Source: an uncultured Gemmatimonadales bacterium
GTDB lineage: Bacteria; Gemmatimonadota; Gemmatimonadetes; Longimicrobiales; RSA9
NCBI GenBank assembly: GCA_963816355.1
Contig: CAWFKH010000001.1
Location: 160,001 to 224,000 of the forward strand
Reading direction: 5' to 3'
DNA length: 64,000 bases
The notes under the pieces were generated by a model. The model searched no databases and was not told where the DNA came from. It saw only the letters and a list, made by a program, of their open reading frames with translations. This document shows, piece by piece, positions 38,356-47,773 of this stretch. How positions within the stretch are numbered: the first letter of the stretch is position 1; every line of letters starts with the position of its first letter. Made by a program: the position numbers and the translations under genes.

Positions 38356-39351
38356 TCAAGCCGCCGACGCCGTCGCCGTCGCCGCGGCTGTGCCGCGCGG
38401 AGCGCCCTCGCCGGCGCTGCCCACGCGCCGCGCCACGGCCGCCCACACCACCAGACCGCCCCACACCGCCTCGCCGGTCGCGAGGTGAAGCCCCTTCAAC
38501 GGCGCCGGCAGATAGAGCAGAACCAGCGCCGCGGCCACGCCGATCTGCGCCACCACCAGCGCCAGCGACAGCGCCGACGCCGCGCGCACGGCCGGAGCCG
38601 CGCCGCTACCCCACGCCTGCGCCACGCCGCCCGCGACCGCGACGAGCAGCGCGAGCGCCATCAGGCGGTGCGTCCAGTGGATCGCGACCAGCTCGCCACC
38701 GGACGGCAGCAGCCGTCCGTTGCACAGCGGGAAGCCCTGGCACGCCGGCGCCGCCCCGGTGTTCGCCGTCAGCGCGCCGAACGAAACCACGACGATCCCG
38801 ATCGCCGCCGCGACCAGTGCCGTTGTCGCGAAGCGCGAACGCACCGGCGACCGCGCCGAGCCCCCCGTGCGCGCGCGAACCGCCGCCACGAGCAGCGTCG
38901 CCAGGATCGAGGAGGCCGTGACCAGGTGAAGCACGGTGACGCTCGCCGGCAGCTCGAGCTTCACCGTGATCGCCCCCAGCGCCACCTGCAGCACCAGCAG
39001 CGCGAGGAAGAGCGCGACCGGCCGCAGCACGCCGTTCGCGCCGCCGAAGCCCGCGCGGGCGCGGTGGCGCCACGCATAGAGCGTCACGATCGCCACCGGC
39101 ACCACGATCCCGGCCGCGAGCAGCCGGTGCGTGTACTCGATCAGCGTCTGCAACGTCATCGGCGGGATCCACTGCCCGTGACAACGCGGCCAGTCGTCGC
39201 CGCAGCCCAGGCCCGAGCCGGTGATGCGAACGATGCCGCCGAACAGGATCAGGAGATACGTGTACGCCGCGGCCGCCGCCGCCACGCCGCCGAAACGCCG
39301 CAGCGCCCGCGCGTCACCGGCGATCCCGTCACGATCAGGTTCCTGGTTCAT
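38356..39351 (-). CDS. ctaA: Heme A synthase (COX15/CtaA)
   Basis: GGIVRITGSGLGCGDDWPRC, EYTHR, Q..LG, HW.HR, LHL. Confidence 0.9.
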   Translation of the reverse strand: MNQEPDRDGIAGDARALRRFGGVAAAAAAYTYLLILFGGIVRITGSGLGCGDDWPRCHGQWIPPMTLQTLIEYTHRLLAAGIVVPVAIVTLYAWRHRARAGFGGANGVLRPVALFLALLVLQVALGAITVKLELPASVTVLHLVTASSILATLLVAAVRARTGGSARSPVRSRFATTALVAAAIGIVVVSFGALTANTGAAPACQGFPLCNGRLLPSGGELVAIHWTHRLMALALLVAVAGGVAQAWGSGAAPAVRAASALSLALVVAQIGVAAALVLLYLPAPLKGLHLATGEAVWGGLVVWAAVARRVGSAGEGAPRGTAAATATASAA

Positions 39352-39420
39352 CGAATCTTCGGTCAAGAGATGCGGTCGGAGCGCTGCGGAGGCGCGCGGA
39401 CAGCCGGATCGCGACGCGCG

Positions 39421-39506
39421 GACGAGCCGGGTCGCGGCGCCCGACGAGCCGAGTCGCGGCGCCCGATGACCGGGTCGCGGCGCCCGATAACCGGGTCGCG
39501 GCGCGC
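39421..39506. repeat. 4 x 21-22 bp imperfect tandem repeat between divergent ctaA and dmpA-like genes
   Basis: Units gacgagccgggtcgcggcgccc, gacgagccgagtcgcggcgccc, gatgaccgggtcgcggcgccc, gataaccgggtcgcggcgcgc; no spacers. Confidence 0.85.
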
Positions 39507-39595
39507 GGCCGGATCTGCGGCCGCGATATAATGACGCCCCCGGCGCGCTGCGCCAACCCCCGCGGCGCGCTGCGCCGACCCCCCCGCCGCGGCGC

Positions 39596-39624
39596 TTGAC
39601 ACCGGCGTGCGCGCGGAAGATCCT
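39596..39624 (+). promoter_or_regulatory. Candidate leaderless promoter for the P1 peptidase
   Basis: TTGACA-17 nt-GATCCT-6 nt-ATG, no SD. Confidence 0.5.
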
Positions 39625-39630
39625 TCGCCC

Positions 39631-40854
39631 ATGCCTCGCGCCACGGCGACCCCGCGCTTCCCGACACGCTTCGCGACCCCGCTCGCGCTCGCTCTGCTGC
39701 TTCCCCCCACCGCCGCGCCCCTCATGGCCCAGCAGACAATGGCCCAGCAGACACCGGATCGTCCGCGCGCCCGCGAGGCGGGCGTCGTCGTGGGCCTCTT
39801 CGCGCCGGGGCCGCTCGACGCGATCACGGATGTCGCGGGCGTCCGCGTCGGACAGGTCACGGTCGTGTCCGGGGACTCGGTCCACACCGGTGTCACGGCC
39901 GTCCTGCCGCACCCCGGCAACCTCTTCCGCGAGCGCGTGCCCGCGGCGATCGTCGTCGGCAACGGCTTCGGCAAGCTGGTCGGCGTGACCCAGGTGCGCG
40001 AGCTCGGCGAGATCGAGACGCCGATCCTGCTCACCTGCACGCTCTGCGTGTGGAAGGCGGCCGACGCGATGGTCGACTGGCTGCTGCGCCAGCCCGGCAT
40101 GGAGGACGTGCGCTCGATCAATCCCGTGGTCGGCGAGACGAACGACGGCTTCCTCAGCGACATCCGCGCCCGTCCGATCACGGCCCGGGACGTCGTGCGC
40201 GCGCTCGAGTCCGCGGCCGCCGGGCCCGTCGAGGAGGGCTCCGTCGGCGCCGGCGCGGGCACGGTCGCGTTCGGCTGGAAGGGCGGCATCGGGACCGCGT
40301 CGCGGCGGCTGCCGGACGACCTCGGCGGCTACACCGTGGGCGTGCTCGTGCAGACGAACTTCGGCGGCGTCCTGTCGATCAACGGCGCGCCCGTGGGGCG
40401 CGAACTGGGCCGTTACGCGTTCCGGCGCGACAGCGGCTCGCGCGGCGAGGACGCCGACGGCAGCATCATGATCGTGCTGGCGACGGACGCGCCGCTCGGG
40501 CCGCGCAACCTCGAGCGCGTGGCGCACCGCGCGCTCGCCGGCCTCGCGCGCACCGGCGCGTCCATGACCAACGGCTCCGGCGACTACGTGATCGCCTTCT
40601 CCACCGCGGAGGGCGCGCGCATCCGCGCCGGCGAGGACGTGGGCCGCTTCGAGCGCGTCGGCAACGACGCGCTGTCACCGCTCTTCCAGATCGCGGCCGA
40701 GGCGACCGAGGAGGCGATCTACAACTCCCTCTTCCGCGCCACTTCGGTGCGCGGCCACCGCGGCACGGTCGAAGCGCTGCCGATCGACAGCACGCTGGCG
40801 ATCCTGCGCCGCTACGGCGTGCTCCACTGGGACCGCACGCTGCCGCCGCGTTGA
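39631..40854 (+). CDS. P1/S58 family (DmpA-like) aminopeptidase, secreted
   Basis: Signal peptide; ITDVAGVRVG, NGFGK, GETND, GAGAG, GWKGGIGTAS, DGSI autocleavage site, NGSGD. Confidence 0.9.
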   Translation: MPRATATPRFPTRFATPLALALLLPPTAAPLMAQQTMAQQTPDRPRAREAGVVVGLFAPGPLDAITDVAGVRVGQVTVVSGDSVHTGVTAVLPHPGNLFRERVPAAIVVGNGFGKLVGVTQVRELGEIETPILLTCTLCVWKAADAMVDWLLRQPGMEDVRSINPVVGETNDGFLSDIRARPITARDVVRALESAAAGPVEEGSVGAGAGTVAFGWKGGIGTASRRLPDDLGGYTVGVLVQTNFGGVLSINGAPVGRELGRYAFRRDSGSRGEDADGSIMIVLATDAPLGPRNLERVAHRALAGLARTGASMTNGSGDYVIAFSTAEGARIRAGEDVGRFERVGNDALSPLFQIAAEATEEAIYNSLFRATSVRGHRGTVEALPIDSTLAILRRYGVLHWDRTLPPR

Positions 40855-40862
40855 GCCGCGGC

Positions 40863-40889
40863 TGAAACCCGCGTCCGTCCACCCCCGTT
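40863..40889 (+). promoter_or_regulatory. Possible ECF-sigma promoter upstream of the ABC exporter
   Basis: TGAAAC-17 nt-CGTT. Confidence 0.3.
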
Positions 40890-40962
40890 GTGGGGGTCAG
40901 GGGGGCCGTGCTGCGCTTCGGCGGCTCCCGTTTCTTCCTTCACATCGGGTACTGCATCCAGC

Positions 40963-41934
40963 ATGTTCGCCGCCGCGATCCGGACCTCGAAGCTGACGCG
41001 CCGCTTCGGCCGCACCACCGCCGTCGACGCGCTCGACCTCGAGGTACCCGCCGGCTCCGTGTACGGATTCCTCGGCCCCAACGGCGCCGGGAAGACGACG
41101 ACGATCCGCCTGCTCCTCGGCCTCATCCACCCCTCCGCGGGCGCCGTCGAGCTGTGCGGCGAGCCGCTCACCGCCGCCTCGCGCCGACGCCTGCTCGCGC
41201 GCGTCGGATCGCTCGTCGAGACGCCGTCGCTCTACGCGCACCTCACCGGCCGCGAGAACCTCGAGCTGTCGCGCCGCCTGCTCGACGCGCCGCGCTCGAG
41301 GATCGACGACGCGCTCCGCACCGTCCGCCTCGTCGCCGCCGCAGGCCGGCGCGTCCGCGACTATTCGCTCGGCATGCGACAGCGCCTCGGCATCGCGCTC
41401 GCCCTGCTCGGTGAGCCGGACCTCGTCGTGCTCGACGAGCCGACGAACGGCCTCGACCCCGCGGGCATCCACGAGATCCGCGACCTCGTGCGCCGCCTGC
41501 CCGGCGAGCGCGGCACCACGGTATTCCTCTCCAGCCACCTGCTCAGCGAGGTCGAGCAGGTCGCCACCGACATCGGGATCGTGCGCGCCGGACGCCTGCT
41601 CTTCCAGGGGCCGATCGAGGCGCTCCAGGTGGAACGACAGCCGCGCGTCCGCATCGTCGCCGAGCCCGCCGCGGAAGCGCTCCGGCTCCTGCGCCGCGCC
41701 GGCTGGAGCGCGCGGCGCCGCGAAGACGAGCCCGGCGCGATCGTCGTCGACGCGATGTCGTCCGCCGACGCCGCCCGCATGAACAACCTCCTCGTGTTGC
41801 ACGGGATCCGCGTCTCCCACCTCGCCGTCGGCCAGTCCTCCCTCGAGGAGATCTTCCTCCGCATGACCGGAGCGGCCGACGCCCGCGTCGCCGCCCTCGA
41901 CGCCGGCCGCGTCGCCGCCGGAGACCCGCGATGA
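40963..41934 (+). CDS. ABC transporter ATP-binding protein (LanF/BcrA-like)
   Basis: GPNGAGKTT, YSLGMRQRLG, LDEPTNGLDP, SSHLLSE. Confidence 0.92.
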   Translation: MFAAAIRTSKLTRRFGRTTAVDALDLEVPAGSVYGFLGPNGAGKTTTIRLLLGLIHPSAGAVELCGEPLTAASRRRLLARVGSLVETPSLYAHLTGRENLELSRRLLDAPRSRIDDALRTVRLVAAAGRRVRDYSLGMRQRLGIALALLGEPDLVVLDEPTNGLDPAGIHEIRDLVRRLPGERGTTVFLSSHLLSEVEQVATDIGIVRAGRLLFQGPIEALQVERQPRVRIVAEPAAEALRLLRRAGWSARRREDEPGAIVVDAMSSADAARMNNLLVLHGIRVSHLAVGQSSLEEIFLRMTGAADARVAALDAGRVAAGDPR

Positions 41935-42678
41935 GCACGCTCCTGCGCGCGATCTCCGCCGAGGCGCTGAAGCTGCGGCGCACGCTCACCCTGTGGACGA
42001 CCGTCGCCGCGCCGCTCCTCGTCGTGCTCTTCCAGTTCTTCAACTTCCTCGAGCGCGGGGCGGCCGTCGCGCGCCCCGGCGCCGACCTCTGGAGCGCCTA
42101 CGCGCGCGGCGCGCTCACCCTCTGGAGCCTCTTCATGCTGCCGCTCCTCGTCGCGCTGCAGGCCGCGCTGCTCGCGGCCGTCGAGCACGGTTCCGGCGGC
42201 TGGCGCCGCCTCTTCGCGCTGCCCGCGCCGCGCTGGAGCATCCTGCTTCGCGAAGCACGTCGTCGCGCTGCTCTCCCTCGCGACCGCCTCCCTCCTGCTC
42301 GTCGCCGGGATCCTGCTCTCCGGCCTCGCGCTGAGGCGGCTCCAGCCGACGCTCGGCTTCGGCGCGGCGCCGGCGCTCCTGCCGCTCCTCGGCCGCGCCG
42401 GCGTCGCCCTCCTCGCCGCCTGGCTGATCCTCGCCATCGAGACGTGGATCGCGCTGCGCTGGGCCAGCGTGACGCTGCCGCTCGGCGTCGGCATTGCGGG
42501 CACCTTCGTCGCGCTCTTCGCCGCCGGCAGCACGAAGCTGCGCTTCTTCCCCTGGGCCCTGCCACTGTATGCGACGACGACGCAGCACGGTGGGACCGCG
42601 CTCCGCATCGGTGTCGCCGGCGGCATCCTCATCGCCACCCTGGGGACGTGGGAGCTGAGCCGGCGCGACGTGCTCTGA
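41931..42678 (+). pseudogene. ABC-2 permease (LanE/G-like) with a +1 frameshift near 42247; may be an assembly error
   Basis: EALKLRR...EHGSGGWRRLFALP; removing one T in ctgcTTcgcgaag restores ILLAKHVVALL... through to FFPW...ELSRRDVL*. Confidence 0.7.
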
Positions 42679-42685
42679 GTCCGCT

Positions 42686-43969
42686 TCAGGCGGTGGTGCG
42701 GCTCGGTGGCTCGACGCCCGCGGTGTCCCCGGTCAGGGAAGGCTCGCCGACGGCGGTGAAGAGGGCCTGCAGCTCCTCGGCACGGGCCTCCGCGTCGTGC
42801 TCGCCCAGCGCGATGAGGCGGCGCAGGTAGTCCGGCTGGAACATCAGCATCGACAGCAGGTCCGAGCTGCTCGTCTCGCGCGTGCCGAGTCCCCGCGTCA
42901 TGAAGCGGAAGGCGCGCGGAAGGCGCGGCTCGTAGTCGCCGGCGAGGCGGCCGAGGTCCATCGAGGGACGGATCACGAGGAGGCGGATCGGGTGCAGTCC
43001 CTCGCGCTCCTCAGGCGGCAGCTTCAGCAGCAGACGGTTCAGGCGCTGCAGCCGCAGCTCGTCCTGGTCGATCAGGTCGAGGAAGATCGCGTTCATCAGC
43101 AGACCGAGCACCTGCGCGGGCGGCGGATAGCCGGTCAGCTTCGGGCGGTCCGCCTCCGCCTGGCTCGAGCCGTAGCGCGTCGAGATCGCGATCAGCCGCC
43201 GCGCGCCCAGGTGCAGCGCCGGCGAGAGCGGCGCGGCCTGCCGGATGCCGCCGTCGCCGTACCAGTAGCCGTCGATGCGAACCGCGGGGAAGAACATCGG
43301 GAGCGCCGTCGACGCCATCACGTGGTCCACGCACAGCTCGGCGTGGACCGAGCGCCGCTTCGGCCGCGTCCAGTGCTCGATGTCGCGGCCCTGCACCCAC
43401 ACCACCGACTGCCCGGTCGAGTAGCTGGTCGTGCTGATCGCGACCGCCTTCAGCACGCCCCGCCGCAGGTTGGAGTCGATGCCGGTCAGACGGCCGTTGA
43501 CCGCGGCGTAGACCTCCTCCAGGAAGTCGTGCAGCGGCTGCGTGTCCAGGAAAGCGTGCACCGGCGGCGGCTTCACCAGCCCGCCCGTCATCAGCCGGAC
43601 CCCCCACCGCAGCGCGTTGCCGCCGATCGACAGCGGGTCGACGCGGAACACGTCGTCGACCACCAGCTCGCTCCACAGCCCGACCAACTCCTCCATCGCC
43701 TGCGGGAACGTGCCATGGTGCGCCGCCAGGTGCGCCGCGTTCACCGCGCCCGCCGACACGCCGGTCACGATCGGGATCCGCAGCTCCGGATAGTGCCGCG
43801 CGATCCACGACAGGACCCCGACCTGGTAGGCGCCCCGCGCGCCACCGCCCGTCAGCGCGATGCCGAGGTCGTCGGGGCCCGCGTGGATCCGGCCCGCAAA
43901 CGCCCCATCGAGCCGGCCCGCGGCCCGCCCGGCGTCGTCGCCGCCCTTCGCACCGTCAGCATCCGGCAT
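42686..43969 (-). CDS. Patatin-like phospholipase
   Basis: GGGARGAYQVG, GVSAG nucleophile motif, DGG. Confidence 0.9.
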   Translation of the reverse strand: MPDADGAKGGDDAGRAAGRLDGAFAGRIHAGPDDLGIALTGGGARGAYQVGVLSWIARHYPELRIPIVTGVSAGAVNAAHLAAHHGTFPQAMEELVGLWSELVVDDVFRVDPLSIGGNALRWGVRLMTGGLVKPPPVHAFLDTQPLHDFLEEVYAAVNGRLTGIDSNLRRGVLKAVAISTTSYSTGQSVVWVQGRDIEHWTRPKRRSVHAELCVDHVMASTALPMFFPAVRIDGYWYGDGGIRQAAPLSPALHLGARRLIAISTRYGSSQAEADRPKLTGYPPPAQVLGLLMNAIFLDLIDQDELRLQRLNRLLLKLPPEEREGLHPIRLLVIRPSMDLGRLAGDYEPRLPRAFRFMTRGLGTRETSSSDLLSMLMFQPDYLRRLIALGEHDAEARAEELQALFTAVGEPSLTGDTAGVEPPSRTTA

Positions 43970-44008
43970 TATGGATTGAATGTACGCGCGCGGCGGTACT
44001 TCGCCAGA

Positions 44009-44314
44009 ATGCACCGCTCCGTGCTTCGACGACTTCCGCGGGCCGACGGCGCCGTGCCGCCGACCGTCCGCATCATCTCGCGCCACGGCGGCGTCGAGCT
44101 CGCCGACGCCCTGCGCGAGCGCGGCTTCGGCGTCACCGAGTTCGCCGGCCAGGGTCGCGAGGGCACCGTCGAGGTCGTCTACACCGTCGTCAAGCGACGC
44201 CACGTGCCCCACGTCCTCCGCGAGGCCCGCCGCTGGGACCCCGACGCATTCATCACCGTCGAGGAGCCGAAGGCGATCCTGCGCGGCAAGCTCTACGCGG
44301 GGCCGCGCAAGTAG
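44009..44314 (+). CDS. DUF2179 (PII-like) domain only, lacking the usual N-terminal TM part; possibly truncated
   Basis: VRIIS...LRERGFGVT...GREG...VVKRR...DPDAFITVEE; start uncertain. Confidence 0.6.
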   Translation: MHRSVLRRLPRADGAVPPTVRIISRHGGVELADALRERGFGVTEFAGQGREGTVEVVYTVVKRRHVPHVLREARRWDPDAFITVEEPKAILRGKLYAGPRK

Positions 44315-44383
44315 CCGCTGCGCACGTAGCCGTCGTCCCGTCGGGCCATTCCAACGCCCCGCCCGCGACGCGGTATTGCCGCC

Positions 44384-47300
44384 ATGCAGCGGCGACGGGC
44401 GATCATCGAAGCGGCGATCCGCAACTGCGACGGCCCCGCAGGCGCCGCGCGCCTGGCGCGCGCGCTCGGCTTCCCGGCCGCCTCGGCGCTCGACCTGCCG
44501 CTTCCCGACGACGCCCCCGTCGACTCCGCGGCGCTGCTCGCCGGGCGCGGCAGCCTGAGCCTGTTCCATCTCGGAATCGGCCCGATCCGCTACACCCACG
44601 CCGATCCCTCCGCGGCCAAGCGTTCGGCCGTCAGCCACGCCGCCCGCTGGCTCCGCGCGGCCGACCCGGCGCGCCTCCTCCTGCTCCTCCTCACGGACGC
44701 GGGCGCGCGTCGCGTCGTCGTCGCCACCTTCGACCTCGCCGGCGAGCTGCGGCGGCTCGACGTCGAGCGCGACGCGCCGAAGGCGGCCGACCTGGACGTC
44801 CTCGAAGAGATGGTCGCCGAGCCCGGCGAGGGCGGCGTCGCGCTGGCGCTGCGAATCGCGCGCGCGCTCGACCGTGGCCGCCTCGCCGACCGCTTCTTCC
44901 GCGAGTTCCGCGCACACCGCGACGCGGTCGCCACGGCGTGGCGCGGCATCGCACCCGGCCGCGCGGCGGAGCGCCGCCGCCTCGCGCTGCTCCTCCTCTG
45001 CCGCCTCATGTTCCTCTGCTTCCTGCAGGACCGGGGTCGGCTCGGCGACGACCGCCGCTTCCTGATCGAGCTGGCGCGCGCTTGGACCACGCGCGGCGCC
45101 GCCGCCGGCGGCCGGCCGCCTCCGCACGACGGGCGCCCAACCCCCCGCGGCGAACGCCCGTCCTTCTACCGCGCCGTTCTGCGCCCGCTCTTCTTCGGCG
45201 CGCTCAACGAGAAGCCGGAGCGGAGGAGCGCGGCCGCGCGCGCGCTGGGCGACGTGCCCTACCTGAACGGCGGCCTCTTCGACCGCACGCCGCTCGAGCG
45301 GCGCCACCCACGGCTCGACCTGCCGGACGACGTCGCGCTCCGCGTCTTCGACGGCCTCCTCGACCGCTACCGCTTCCACGCCCGCGAAGCCGCCGAGTCG
45401 CTGCGCGACGGCAGCGCCGACGTCGGCATCGATCCGGAGATGCTCGGCCAGGTCTTCGAGGGCCTCATGGATCCCGCCGACCGCGGGAGCACCGGCTCCT
45501 TCTACACGCCCGCGACCGCCGTCGCGTCGCTCGCGCGAGAGGCCGTCGCCACCTACCTCGCCCCCGCCGCCGAATCGCCCACCGCAATGCTCGACCGGCT
45601 CTGCGCCGACGCGGAAGCAACGGCGCGAGCCCGGCTCGCGCGCAGGCTCGCCGCCGCGCGCGTGCTCGACCCCGCCTGCGGATCCGGCGCCTTCCTCCTC
45701 GGCGCGCTGCTCGAGCTGTCCCGGATCGACGCCGCGCTCCGCGGCGGCGGGCTGGCGGAATCGCGGCGCAGGATCGTGTCGCGCGGCCTCTACGGAGTCG
45801 ATGTGCAGGCCGACGCCGCGCTCCTCTGCTCCCTCCGCCTCTGGCTCGCGCTCGCGTTCGCCGGCGCCGACCCGCCGCCGCTTCCGAACCTCGACCGCCG
45901 CATCCGGCAGGGCGACGCGCTCCTCGCGCCGCTCGACCTCGCCACCGGCGTCGCATCCGACGTGCGTCGCGCGATCGCGCGCCTCGCGCCGCTCAGCGAC
46001 GCCTACGCCGCCGCCGGTCCCCGCGACCGTCCCGCGCTGGCGCGTCGCCTCGCGCGCGCGGAGAGCCGCCTCGCCCGCGCGTGGATCGACGCCGCACGCA
46101 CCCACGCGGCGCGGACGAAACGCGAGCTGAGCGCGCGCGCGGCGGACCGCGACCTGTTCGGCGAGCCGCTTCCCGAGGCGAGGCGGGCGGCGCGCCAGCT
46201 CGCCGCGCTCGCCGACGAGCGCGCGACGCTGGATGCGTTCGCGGCCGCGCTCGAGGACACCGGCGCGGTTCCGTTCTTCAGCTTCGACATCCACTTCGCC
46301 GAGGCCGCCTCCGACGGCTTCGACCTCGTCCTCTCCAATCCGCCGTGGGTTCGCGCGCACGCCTGGCCGAAACCGCTGGCGCGCCGCCTGCGACGCCGCT
46401 ACGCCGCCTCCGCCGGCGGCTGGATCGCCGGCGCCCGACTCGGCGGCGCGGGACCGGGCGCGGCCGCCCAGTCCGACATCGCCGTCCTCTTCCTGCACCG
46501 CGCGCTGCGCCTCCTCGCGCCGGGCGGCGTGCTCGGCATGCTGCTCCCCGCCAAGATCCTGCGCTCGCTCTACGGCGCGGCCGCACGGCGCGCCCTCGCA
46601 TCCGCCACCGACGTCGTCTCGATCGTCGACCATTCGCTCGATCAGCGCGCGATCTTCCGCGCCGACGCCTTCACCACCGCCGTGGTCGCGCGGCGGCCCT
46701 CGCCCGAGGACGATGCGCTTCGCGACGGCGTCCGCCGCGGCGTCGTCCGCGTGACGCTGCTCCGGCCCGGGTCGCCGCGCCTGCGCTTCGACGTCCCTCA
46801 CCGCGAACTCCCCCTCATCCCCGGCGACCCGGACTCGCCCTGGCTGCTCGTGCCGCCGGCCGTGCGCGCGGCGCTCCGTCGCATGCAGGCGGCCGGACCG
46901 CCGCTCGGCGAAAGCCGGCGCGTGCGACGCGGCGTCGTCACCGGCGCCAACGACGTCCTCCTGTTCGACCGCGTCGAGCCGAAGCTCGGCGACCTGGTCC
47001 TCGCGCGGCCCAGCGGCGCTTCGAAGCGCGGCGATGCGTCCGGCACCACCCCCGACGCCGACGCCCGGGCCGGCGTCCCCATCGAGGCGAGCGACCTCGC
47101 GCCGGTCCTGCGCGGCAGCGGCATCCGGCCGTGGAGCTGGGAGGCGCCCGACCACGTGATCTGGTTGCGCGACGACCGGCTCCGCCACCGCGACGCGGGC
47201 CGCCGCACCACCGCCTACCTCGCCCGCCACGCGGGCCGGCTGCGCGCCCGCTCCGGCTCCGCCGCCGCGCCGCTCGGCGCCGTCGCCCGCGTCTCCGCGG

Positions 47301-47773
47301 GGCTCATCGGTCCGAAGGTCGCCTGGCACGACCTCGCCGCGAACCTCCACGCCGTCGCCCTGCCCGCGACCATCCGCACCGCCTGGGGCGCGGCGCGGCC
47401 GCTCGTCCCGCTCAACACCGCCTACTTCATCGCCGCCGACGACGACGACGAGGCGCTCCTCCTCGCCGCGCTGCTCAACGCGCTCCCGCTCCGCACGTTC
47501 GCGCGCGCCGTCGCGGAGCGCGCCAAGGACGCCCGCTTCCGCTTCTTCGGTTGGGTCGTGGGCGTGCTTCCGCTCGCCGCCTCCCTCTTCACGCCGCCGG
47601 CCGCCCCGCGCCTCGTCACGCTCTCCCGCACGGCGCACCGCGACGGCGCCCTGCGGCCGAGCGCCGCCGCCGAGCTCGACCGCCTCGTCGCGGACGCGTA
47701 CGGCCTGGGGTCCGCGGACGTGAAGGCGCTCCTGGATTTCGACGCATGGCTGCGCGGTGGGTCCGACCGCTGA
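44384..47773 (+). CDS. Eco57I/type IIG-like N6-adenine DNA methyltransferase with target-recognition domain
   Basis: RLMFLCFLQ, VPYLNGGLF, IDPEMLGQVFE, GSFYTP, VLDPACGSGAFL (SAM binding), FDLVLSNPPW (catalytic), LNTAY. Confidence 0.85.
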   Translation: MQRRRAIIEAAIRNCDGPAGAARLARALGFPAASALDLPLPDDAPVDSAALLAGRGSLSLFHLGIGPIRYTHADPSAAKRSAVSHAARWLRAADPARLLLLLLTDAGARRVVVATFDLAGELRRLDVERDAPKAADLDVLEEMVAEPGEGGVALALRIARALDRGRLADRFFREFRAHRDAVATAWRGIAPGRAAERRRLALLLLCRLMFLCFLQDRGRLGDDRRFLIELARAWTTRGAAAGGRPPPHDGRPTPRGERPSFYRAVLRPLFFGALNEKPERRSAAARALGDVPYLNGGLFDRTPLERRHPRLDLPDDVALRVFDGLLDRYRFHAREAAESLRDGSADVGIDPEMLGQVFEGLMDPADRGSTGSFYTPATAVASLAREAVATYLAPAAESPTAMLDRLCADAEATARARLARRLAAARVLDPACGSGAFLLGALLELSRIDAALRGGGLAESRRRIVSRGLYGVDVQADAALLCSLRLWLALAFAGADPPPLPNLDRRIRQGDALLAPLDLATGVASDVRRAIARLAPLSDAYAAAGPRDRPALARRLARAESRLARAWIDAARTHAARTKRELSARAADRDLFGEPLPEARRAARQLAALADERATLDAFAAALEDTGAVPFFSFDIHFAEAASDGFDLVLSNPPWVRAHAWPKPLARRLRRRYAASAGGWIAGARLGGAGPGAAAQSDIAVLFLHRALRLLAPGGVLGMLLPAKILRSLYGAAARRALASATDVVSIVDHSLDQRAIFRADAFTTAVVARRPSPEDDALRDGVRRGVVRVTLLRPGSPRLRFDVPHRELPLIPGDPDSPWLLVPPAVRAALRRMQAAGPPLGESRRVRRGVVTGANDVLLFDRVEPKLGDLVLARPSGASKRGDASGTTPDADARAGVPIEASDLAPVLRGSGIRPWSWEAPDHVIWLRDDRLRHRDAGRRTTAYLARHAGRLRARSGSAAAPLGAVARVSAGLIGPKVAWHDLAANLHAVALPATIRTAWGAARPLVPLNTAYFIAADDDDEALLLAALLNALPLRTFARAVAERAKDARFRFFGWVVGVLPLAASLFTPPAAPRLVTLSRTAHRDGALRPSAAAELDRLVADAYGLGSADVKALLDFDAWLRGGSDR

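Noticed and set aside
39421..39506. CRISPR array
   Set aside because: Repeats are contiguous with no spacers and no cas genes; no CRISPR array seen anywhere in the window
40963..42678. Lantibiotic biosynthetic cluster
   Set aside because: Only an immunity-like ABC pair; no precursor or modification enzymes
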